Origin: Senegalimassilia sp.
Lineage (GTDB): Bacteria; Actinomycetota; Coriobacteriia; Coriobacteriales; CADBOM01
Direction: 5' to 3'
Assembly (NCBI GenBank): GCA_963661535.1
Contig: CAVLCC010000004.1
Coordinates: 1 to 58,693 of the forward strand
DNA: 58,693 nt
Part shown: positions 1-6,493 of the stretch, piece by piece
Layout of the letters: every line of letters begins with the position of its first letter
How positions within the stretch are numbered: the first letter of the stretch is position 1
Made by a program: the position numbers and the translations under genes
Notes under the pieces: generated by a model
What the model was told of the DNA's origin: nothing
What the model saw: only the letters and a program-made list of their open reading frames with translations
Database searches by the model: none

Positions 1-329
1 GTCCATTTGAAATTTCTGATTATTGGGATCCAAGTTTAATACAGGCTATAGGTCAATGGATTGACTAATTGAATAGATTTAAGGATTGCAATAGTTTTTT
101 AAATCTAACTGTTCGTGCTGTAGCCTGCTTGTCTTGCGTAACTTGTCCCTTGCATAACAGGAGCAATTTCACTCAATATTTTATTCAAAACATAAATAAA
201 ATTGCCATTGCGCAATAGTTTTTATCTCTTTATTGCGAAAATTCAACAATGCATAAAAAAGCATGCAATTTGTTTTAGATGCTATATAAAATTTCTTTGT
301 AAAACAAACTGTTAAAAAAGGTGGTTTCT

Positions 330-1610
330 ATGGAAGAGATAGAAGATCTTATTCAGCAAGGGCGCGAGTTAATGGCAGCTGGCAGATTTGAGAATGCAGA
401 ACAAGTTTTTGAAAAAGCTTTAGAGATTAACAAGAAAAATGCGCAAGCATATATTCATTTGGGCAATGCTCAAATGAATATCAACAAGACCAATGAGGCT
501 ATTGCAAACTTTAAAAAAGCTGCAATGTTTGAAGAAACTGCTAAAGAAGCCAATTATAGTTTGGCATGTGCTGAGTTTATTAGCGGCAACTCGGAGGCAG
601 CAATCAAGCAGTTTAATAAATGCGAAGAAATGGGAATTCAATCGCTAGACATGTACGGCATCATGTCGGTTATTTTTATGGACGCAGGAGATGCTACTCA
701 AGCAATTAGATGCATCAACAGAGCAATAAATATAGAACCACTTAATCCGCAGCCTCGTCTTGATAAAGCACAAATTTATATGACGCAAGGAAAAAGCAAA
801 GAGGCAATCAACGTTTTGCGAGAAATTCAAGACTTGCTTCCAGATGTTGCTGATGCATATATTATTGAGGCAGAACTATTTTCGAGCATGGACGAAAATG
901 ACAATGCAGTAAAAACAATAGAGCGTGCAATTAGTCGTTTTCCTCAGGATGGAGTTATGCAAATATCATATGCACGAGTTCTAAATTCAGCAGGACGCTA
1001 TAGCGATGCTTTAAGTGCTATCAAGAAATCTAGCGAACTATTAAATGGTGAGCTAACCAAAGAGGCTGTTTTGCAAAAATCGGTTGCATATGCTGGTCTA
1101 AAAGATGTAGATAATTCTATTTTGACCCTTAAAGATGCATGCGAAAAAGATCTTAAAGACCAAGATTTGCTATATATTTTAATGAGTGAGTATATTTCTG
1201 AAAAGAGATATCCTGAGGCTAAAGATGCTGCGAATTCTATTCTTGCTTTTGAGGATGTTGAACCTCGATATAGAGCAGCAGCACTTTATAACCAAATTAT
1301 ATGCGATAAAGAAATAGATGCCGAGCAGGACATAAAGCCGCGCTTAGAAGAACTTGCTAAGGTTCTGCGCAAAATAACAATTTCTAATCCAGGTCTTATG
1401 GATGTGTATGTATTTAGATTGCTAATATATAAAGAACTGGAGCAATATGATAAAGCTTACGAGATAGCAGATCACCTCTTGGCGGTTATGCCAAACAGTC
1501 CTACCGGATATGCATTTAAGGCTGAGATTGCAAAGGCGCAAGGCAATGAATCTGATTGCATTGCCTATAAGCAAAAGGCTCTAGAAATCGATCCTACATT
1601 TAAGTTTTAG
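330..1610 (+). CDS. Tetratricopeptide (TPR) repeat protein
   Basis: ORF 321..1610. The in-frame ATG at 330 lies 5 nt after AAGGTGG (SD), so 330 is the preferred start. The protein is made of consecutive ~34-aa TPR-like units, e.g. AQAYIHLGNAQMNINKTNEAIANFKKA, ADAYIIEAELFSSMDENDNAVKTIERA, PTGYAFKAEIAKAQGNESDCIAYKQKALEIDP. Confidence 0.8.
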   Translation: MEEIEDLIQQGRELMAAGRFENAEQVFEKALEINKKNAQAYIHLGNAQMNINKTNEAIANFKKAAMFEETAKEANYSLACAEFISGNSEAAIKQFNKCEEMGIQSLDMYGIMSVIFMDAGDATQAIRCINRAINIEPLNPQPRLDKAQIYMTQGKSKEAINVLREIQDLLPDVADAYIIEAELFSSMDENDNAVKTIERAISRFPQDGVMQISYARVLNSAGRYSDALSAIKKSSELLNGELTKEAVLQKSVAYAGLKDVDNSILTLKDACEKDLKDQDLLYILMSEYISEKRYPEAKDAANSILAFEDVEPRYRAAALYNQIICDKEIDAEQDIKPRLEELAKVLRKITISNPGLMDVYVFRLLIYKELEQYDKAYEIADHLLAVMPNSPTGYAFKAEIAKAQGNESDCIAYKQKALEIDPTFKF

Positions 1611-1630
1611 CAAATAGGATTGGAGAAACA

Positions 1631-1924
1631 ATGTCTGATGAATTAAAATTTAATGTTGACGATTTAAAAACGCAAGCCCAGAAATTGCAACAGATAAAGG
1701 AAGATTTAAAAGAATGTTCCGAGAGTTTAACTAAAAATCTATCTGATTTAAGAAATGATTGGAACAGCGCTGCGGGCAGAGCATTTTTTAGCAAGTATGA
1801 TGATAGCTGGGTTCCGGAAATAGAAAAACAATGTAATGCGATTAATGAGTTGGCACTTGCTGTTGAATTTGCTGCTAATCAATATGAGTCAGTAGAAGAA
1901 GAATTTAGGAGCTTAAGTTTTTAG
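1631..1924 (+). CDS. WXG100/ESAT-6-like small helical protein (WxS variant)
   Basis: 97 aa, with a GGAGA SD 5 nt upstream. Central W44-NSAAGRAFF lies at the position of the WXG hairpin. C-terminal Y-E-S-V-E fits the YxxxD/E export motif of ESX substrates. Size and predicted helix-turn-helix layout are typical of the family. Confidence 0.65.
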   Translation: MSDELKFNVDDLKTQAQKLQQIKEDLKECSESLTKNLSDLRNDWNSAAGRAFFSKYDDSWVPEIEKQCNAINELALAVEFAANQYESVEEEFRSLSF

Positions 1925-2076
1925 AGTTTGTTAGATTGAATGTTAGATTAGTGGGGCCTGTTGGATTTTAGAGTGTCTGTGTGCTTGTGTGATTGGGCTT
2001 TGTTTTTTTGGTTTTTTGGCATGTCTATTTTTTAGTTGTATAAGTTTTTGACTATGTGAGTGTAGGGGAATAATTC

Positions 2077-2613
2077 ATGGATAATTCAATAAAATTGCCT
2101 GCAAACGTTCAGGTATGCATAAAACCTCGCAAAGTTGCTACAGCTTTGCTTGTAGTTTGTGTTGTAGTAACTGTTGCAGTGATACTAATTTCTTTATCAC
2201 TAGGCAGAACATTTTCTGTATTGTTGTTTGTTCTAATAGGCATTTTGATTACACAAATTCGCAAGGTATCGCAGAAAACTAAAATAACTCCTGTATTGCT
2301 TGATATAAGTTGTAACGAAGCTCAACTAATTATATGCATGCCAAAAACAAGACTTATGTCGGATGGACACTATGCAAATCAACGCTACACAATAGATAAA
2401 GCAAATATAAATACAATTGAATTTAGAGACAAGGGCTTTGTGTTTTTATCTACAAGCCATTTATTGAGCCAAGCATATGAAGATGACTTATCTATTCTAG
2501 ATGAGCATTGCAGCGATAACGAGGCTTTGGGTTTTGTGATGAGCAATGACTCTATATCTCAACTACAAGAATTTTTAAAGCAAAATAATTTAGAGTATGC
2601 ACCTGCTGCTTAA
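2077..2613 (+). CDS. Hypothetical membrane protein (two N-terminal TM helices plus a soluble domain)
   Basis: 178-aa ORF with an AGGGGA SD. Hydrophobic stretches VATALLVVCVVVTVAVILISL and FSVLLFVLIGILITQI. No recognisable catalytic motif. Confidence 0.55.
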   Translation: MDNSIKLPANVQVCIKPRKVATALLVVCVVVTVAVILISLSLGRTFSVLLFVLIGILITQIRKVSQKTKITPVLLDISCNEAQLIICMPKTRLMSDGHYANQRYTIDKANINTIEFRDKGFVFLSTSHLLSQAYEDDLSILDEHCSDNEALGFVMSNDSISQLQEFLKQNNLEYAPAA

Positions 2614-2790
2614 TGTTGCACTGGTTTGAACTACGCTCTTGGTACTTGATGAAGCAATAATTTGATTTAAACTCCCGCTGATTGATGTTGAATTGGTTTG
2701 ACTTACGCCCCCCCTCCGATTAGTGCAGAACTAACATTGGTAGTTGATTTAAGCCTGAACTATGGCAGGGCAATTGATTTAAATCTAAGT
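2614..2790. repeat. Imperfect direct repeats (~72-80 bp period) in the spacer before tRNA-Ala
   Basis: tgttgcactggtttgaactacgc (2614-2636) vs tgttgaattggtttgacttacgc (2686-2708), 19/23 identical. ttgatttaa recurs at about 2662, 2743 and 2774. Confidence 0.45.
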
Positions 2791-2807
2791 GGGAGCATTT
2801 GATTTTT

Positions 2808-2883
2808 TGGTGGAGATGATGGGATTCGAACCCACGACCCCCGCGTTGCGAACGCGATGCTCTCCCAACTGAGCTACATCCCC
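2808..2883 (-). tRNA. tRNA-Ala (anticodon CGC)
   Basis: Reverse complement reads GGGGATGTAGCTCAGTTGGGAGAGCATCGCGTTCGCAACGCGGGGGTCGTGGGTTCGAATCCCATCATCTCCACCA. It has a 7-bp acceptor stem with the G3:U70 alanine identity pair, anticodon loop TTCGCAA, T-loop GGTTCGAATCC and an encoded CCA. Confidence 0.95.
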
Positions 2884-3211
2884 TTTTTGCTTAATCTGCG
2901 CAATCTTTTTGGAGCACTGTTTTGGTCGATGAGTTGGCCGAAGAACAGTGATTAAAGATTGTATGTTTAAGTATTTTGCGATAGCGCACACCTTATTGGA
3001 ATTAAGGTGCAAATAAAATACGTTTTGCAAAACAGCTGTCGAGCATTATAGCATATATATAACAACTTATTTGTTTTGCAGTTGTTGTGTGCCTTTTGTT
3101 GCTGGGTGAGTATGGAGGTGCTTGGAGAGAGCTTAGAGAGTTGGAACAGAAAAGTTACGCTCGTACCTTACGGTTGATTAGCGAATTATCTTAAATTTGC
3201 CTAAACACCCT

Positions 3212-3228
3212 CGGTTAGTTTGCGAAGT
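3212..3228. repeat. 17-bp motif CGGTTAGTTTGCGAAGT (copy 1 of 2)
   Basis: Exact 17-mer also present at 22133..22149. A degenerate neighbour, cggttgattagcgaatt, lies at about 3172. It sits in the long non-coding spacer between divergent tRNA genes. Confidence 0.5.
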
Positions 3229-3361
3229 TACCCTCGACACGCCTCTTGCCTAAATAATTGCAGAAAGCAAATTCGCATCTTTTAGAAATATCTTTTAATG
3301 CTATACTTTGAGGGCTGCGTTTTTTGCATGTCTTAAAAAGTGCGGCATTTTAGAATAAAGT

Positions 3362-3453
3362 GGAGAGCTGGCCGAGTGGTCGAAGGCGCACGATTGGAAA
3401 TCGTGTATACGGCCAAAACCGTATCTAGGGTTCAAATCCCTAGCTCTCCGCCA
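3362..3453 (+). tRNA. tRNA-Ser (anticodon GGA)
   Basis: GGAGAGC...GCTCTCC acceptor stem, anticodon stem-loop CACGA-TTGGAAA-TCGTG, long variable arm (ATACGGCCAAAACCGTATC), T-arm TAGGGTTCAAATCCCTA, encoded CCA. Confidence 0.95.
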
Positions 3454-3491
3454 TTTTTGACATACTCATTTTTGAGATCCAAACACCTTGT

Positions 3492-3584
3492 GGAGGGGTG
3501 GCAGAGTGGTTGAATGCGGCGGTCTCGAAAACCGTTAGGCGGGTATTCCCCGTCTCGAGGGTTCAAATCCCTCCTCCTCCGCCA
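3492..3584 (+). tRNA. tRNA-Ser (anticodon CGA)
   Basis: GGAGGGG...CTCCTCC acceptor stem (one G:U), anticodon stem-loop GCGGT-CTCGAAA-ACCGT, long variable arm, T-arm GAGGGTTCAAATCCCTC, encoded CCA. Confidence 0.95.
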
Positions 3585-3770
3585 CATCTTAATGCCAAGA
3601 GATATTCTTTCTTTATTTGTGCGTGTGCTTACAGTTTGTTGCTTGAGCAAAAAAGTCACCAATGCTTTGTTTTATAGGGACTTTATTTCAAAATCTTTAC
3701 TTTGTATTATCAAAAGCTTTACTTTTGGTATAAAATTAGATAAAAAAGTAAAGCAAAGAGGTGAACAGCG

Positions 3771-4685
3771 TTGATTTCATACGATGGACTCATTCAAAAA
3801 CTTATCCAAAATGGACTCACAAAGACAGCACTTGCAAACGAGATTGGCATTTCATCGCGAACAATTGCAAAAATTAGCAAAGGCGAAAAGATTGCTAATA
3901 AAGTTTTAGAGAAGATTGCTGTGTATCTCGACTGCCAGCCAGAGGAACTGTATCAAAACATTTCAGACAATGCGTTGCTGCAAATTTTGCGTGATGAGAA
4001 GAGCATAGGCATGGCTGGTGGTTTGTATCATGAGCTCCAAGTTAGAATGACATATAACTCCAACCATATTGAGGGTAGCAAACTAAGTGAAGATCAAACG
4101 CGCATGATTTTTGAAACTAGCATGGTTGATGTGGGAGAGGGAATTCCCGTTGATGACATCATCGAAACAGTTAATCACTTTCGTGCTATTGACTATGTGA
4201 TTGATCATGCAGAAGATCCACTTACTGGCGACATTATTAAGGAACTGCACCGTATTTTGAAGCAGAATACAAAAGATTCTACTCTTGCATGGTTTGCTGT
4301 TGGTGATTATAAAAAAAGAGCCAATATTGTTGGAGGTAAAGAAACAACAAAGCCCAAAGAGGTAGCTGCAAAAATGGAAGCTTTGCTTTCTGATTATGAA
4401 TCTCAAGAGTCAGTTGCGATAGAAAATATCATCGAGTTTCACTATCGTTTTGAACGCATCCACCCCTTTCAGGATGGCAATGGTCGTGTTGGTCGGTTGA
4501 TAGCACTTAAAGAATGTCTGCGCCATGGCATAGTTCCGTTTATTATTGAAGATTCTAAAAAGATGTTTTATTACCGTGGACTTTTAGAATGGGAGAGTGA
4601 AAAAGGACACTTGATCGACACCTGTCTTGATGGTCAAGATACCTTCAAAAAGCTAATGGCGATGCTCGATATTCAGGCTAGTTAG
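3771..4685 (+). CDS. Fic family protein with N-terminal XRE-type HTH (class II Fic, putative AMP-transferase)
   Basis: TTG start 6 nt after AAGAGGTGA. N-terminal LTKTALANEIGISSRTIAKISKGEK is an HTH. S-N-H-I-E-G fits the inhibitory [S/T]xxxE[G/N] helix. Canonical Fic motif HPFQDGNGRVGR (HxFx[D/E]GNGRxxR). Confidence 0.9.
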   Translation: MISYDGLIQKLIQNGLTKTALANEIGISSRTIAKISKGEKIANKVLEKIAVYLDCQPEELYQNISDNALLQILRDEKSIGMAGGLYHELQVRMTYNSNHIEGSKLSEDQTRMIFETSMVDVGEGIPVDDIIETVNHFRAIDYVIDHAEDPLTGDIIKELHRILKQNTKDSTLAWFAVGDYKKRANIVGGKETTKPKEVAAKMEALLSDYESQESVAIENIIEFHYRFERIHPFQDGNGRVGRLIALKECLRHGIVPFIIEDSKKMFYYRGLLEWESEKGHLIDTCLDGQDTFKKLMAMLDIQAS

Positions 4686-4705
4686 GATATCCAAAAGTAA
4701 GCACC

Positions 4706-5233
4706 CTAAATCATAATGGACTGCGGATATGGGCGCTCATCTTCAAAGAAATAAACACGATTTTTGTCGGTTCCGCCAACGCTGGCAAGGTCGACCTTCA
4801 GAAAGCGTCCATGGGCTTCAACGGCAACAGTTCCATCTTCTAAAATAACTTCGCCCGACGCGTCATAAACTTTGCTTCGCTCTTTTTCGACCCACGAAAC
4901 AGCCCTAATCTCACTATCCATTGGGACTGGTGCTCTAAACTTTAAATTAAGCTCTAGCGTAACAGAAAGCTGCGTAGGGCACTTAACCTGAATTGATCTG
5001 CTTAGCAACTCGTCCATAAGGGTGCTGCTTACTCCTCCATGAAGTCTGTCAGGGTAGCTTTGCAAATTTGGGTTTGGAGAAAAAAGAGCTAGGGCTCTAC
5101 CATCATCTAAATTAAGAAACTGCACACGGTATCCAATGGGGTTGTCTTTGCCGCATACTAAACAAGTATCTGCAATAAGCTGCGGTTCAGTAATTTTATG
5201 TAGTTGTAGTTGCCGTTTCATAGACGCTCCCAT
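4706..5233 (-). CDS. Hotdog-fold (PaaI-type) acyl-CoA thioesterase
   Basis: 175-aa ORF. N-terminal CLVCGKDNPIG and the LHGGVSSTLMDELL segment are typical of PaaI/4HBT hotdog thioesterases. The start could be the internal Met 4 codons downstream. Confidence 0.7.
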   Translation of the reverse strand: MGASMKRQLQLHKITEPQLIADTCLVCGKDNPIGYRVQFLNLDDGRALALFSPNPNLQSYPDRLHGGVSSTLMDELLSRSIQVKCPTQLSVTLELNLKFRAPVPMDSEIRAVSWVEKERSKVYDASGEVILEDGTVAVEAHGRFLKVDLASVGGTDKNRVYFFEDERPYPQSIMI

Positions 5234-5319
5234 TGAATTGCTCGTGTAATATTTACTACTAAGATGCTAACGATGGCAATGCGAACATTGGTTCACAACG
5301 TCGTGAGTGGCTTTGCGCG

Positions 5320-5343
5320 TTTATAAGATGATTTATAAGATGA
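5320..5343. repeat. Perfect 12-bp tandem duplication (tttataagatga x2) in the larE upstream region
   Basis: Read directly: tttgcgcg-tttataagatga-tttataagatga-tttgcg, about 70 bp upstream of the larE ATG. Confidence 0.85.
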
Positions 5344-5412
5344 TTTGCGTTAAATACGACACACAAACGCGACTCATGGGTGAAATAAAGAGGAAGATTG
5401 TAGGAGATAAAT

Positions 5413-6288
5413 ATGGTTCAGGGCAGCTCAAAAACATTAAGTCAGCTTCAGGTAAAATATGATAATTTGCGCGGACACTTTGAGAAGATGGGCAGCGCGT
5501 TGATAGCTTTTTCTGGAGGGGTTGACTCTACAGTTTTGCTAAAGGTTGCTAAGGAAGTTTTGGGGGAGAAAGCAGCAGCTGTTACAGCGCGGAGCTGCTT
5601 TGTGCCCGGGCGCGAAATGCAGGAGGCTGAACTGTTTTGTCAAAGCGAGGGCATTAAGCATTTTATTGTTGATGTTAATCCTCTTACTACAGATGGCATT
5701 AAGTATAACCCTGCTAACAGGTGTTATCTGTGCAAACGAGAGATTTTCTCTAGATTCAAAGAGCTTGCTGCAAAGCAAGGCTACGAGCATGTTTGTGAAG
5801 GTTCTAATGAAAGTGATTTGGGAGATTTTAGACCTGGGCGCAAAGCTATTGAGGAGCTTGCGATAATAAGTCCTCTTTTGGAGGCGGGCTTTGCGAAGGA
5901 TGAGCTGCGTGTTTTGGGGCTGTCGCTCGGTATTCCAAACTGGAGCAAGCCCTCGTATTCGTGTTTAGCAACGCGTTTTGTTACCGGAACTGCTATCACA
6001 CCTGAGGCTCTCAAAATGATCGAGCGTGCCGAAGAGCTTCTCTTTGATGCAGAGTTTGAACAAGTTAGGGTGCGTGTTCATGAGGTTGGCAGCTATGAAG
6101 GTGAGGGTCAAGAAACTTCTTCTGTGCACAACTATTTAGCACGAGTAGAAGTTGAAGCAGACGAGCTTGAAGATCTATATGAGTTTGCAGCTAACTCCGA
6201 TTTTATTTCTCAGATGCACGAAATTGGTTTTGCATTTGTAACTTGTGATTTGGAGGGGTATCGCACTGGAAGCACAAATTTGGTTTAA
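5413..6288 (+). CDS. larE: LarE, ATP-dependent sulfur transferase for nickel-pincer nucleotide cofactor synthesis
   Basis: AGGAGA SD. PP-loop AFSGGVDSTVLL (SGGxDS). Conserved active-site Cys context PSYSCLATRF, plus an extra CYLC (CxxC) pair. Confidence 0.85.
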   Translation: MVQGSSKTLSQLQVKYDNLRGHFEKMGSALIAFSGGVDSTVLLKVAKEVLGEKAAAVTARSCFVPGREMQEAELFCQSEGIKHFIVDVNPLTTDGIKYNPANRCYLCKREIFSRFKELAAKQGYEHVCEGSNESDLGDFRPGRKAIEELAIISPLLEAGFAKDELRVLGLSLGIPNWSKPSYSCLATRFVTGTAITPEALKMIERAEELLFDAEFEQVRVRVHEVGSYEGEGQETSSVHNYLARVEVEADELEDLYEFAANSDFISQMHEIGFAFVTCDLEGYRTGSTNLV

Positions 6289-6411
6289 CTCCGCGGCGAA
6301 TTGCAAATTGCAAATTAAGAATTGCAAAAATGCAAAAGCTGCCTAACTTGCTCAAACCAGACAGGACAAAGCGCAATTTTTGCTCAACAACCGGCGGAAA
6401 GCCAAAATTTC

Positions 6412-6464
6412 AAGACAGGTCTTCTATCTCCAAAAAGACCTAGGAACTCCAAAAGACCTGTCTT
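6412..6464. terminator. Long hairpin between convergent larE and purL (possible purL terminator)
   Basis: aagacaggtctt (6412-6423) is the exact reverse complement of aagacctgtctt (6453-6464). On the minus strand the hairpin is followed by gaaatttt. Confidence 0.4.
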
Positions 6465-6493
6465 AAGCGCAATACCTAGCAAACCCCCGCATG

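Noticed and set aside
1-68. Possible 3' end of an upstream plus-strand gene (frame 3: ..PFEISDYWDPSLIQAIGQWID*)
   Set aside because: Only 22 codons are visible at the window edge, which is too little to call a CDS or a product.
198-214. Shared aaattgccatt word at 198 and 18276 (upstream of the TPR gene and of nrdD)
   Set aside because: Only an 11-mer is identical. Matches of that length are expected many times by chance in 58.7 kb of AT-rich DNA.
2785-3030. ORF 2785..3030 (-), 81 aa
   Set aside because: It reads straight through tRNA-Ala on the same strand (..GEHRVRNAGVVGSNP.. is the tRNA translated), so it is spurious.
3432-3774. ORFs 3432..3662 (-) and 3514..3774 (+)
   Set aside because: Both are translations across the two tRNA-Ser genes and their spacer. 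They have no SD and are low-complexity peptides, so they are spurious.
2808-4705. Integrated mobile element at the tRNA-Ala / tRNA-Ser cluster
   Set aside because: I could find no integrase, recombinase, transposase or duplicated tRNA 3'-end (att) sequence. Only the Fic gene looks accessory.
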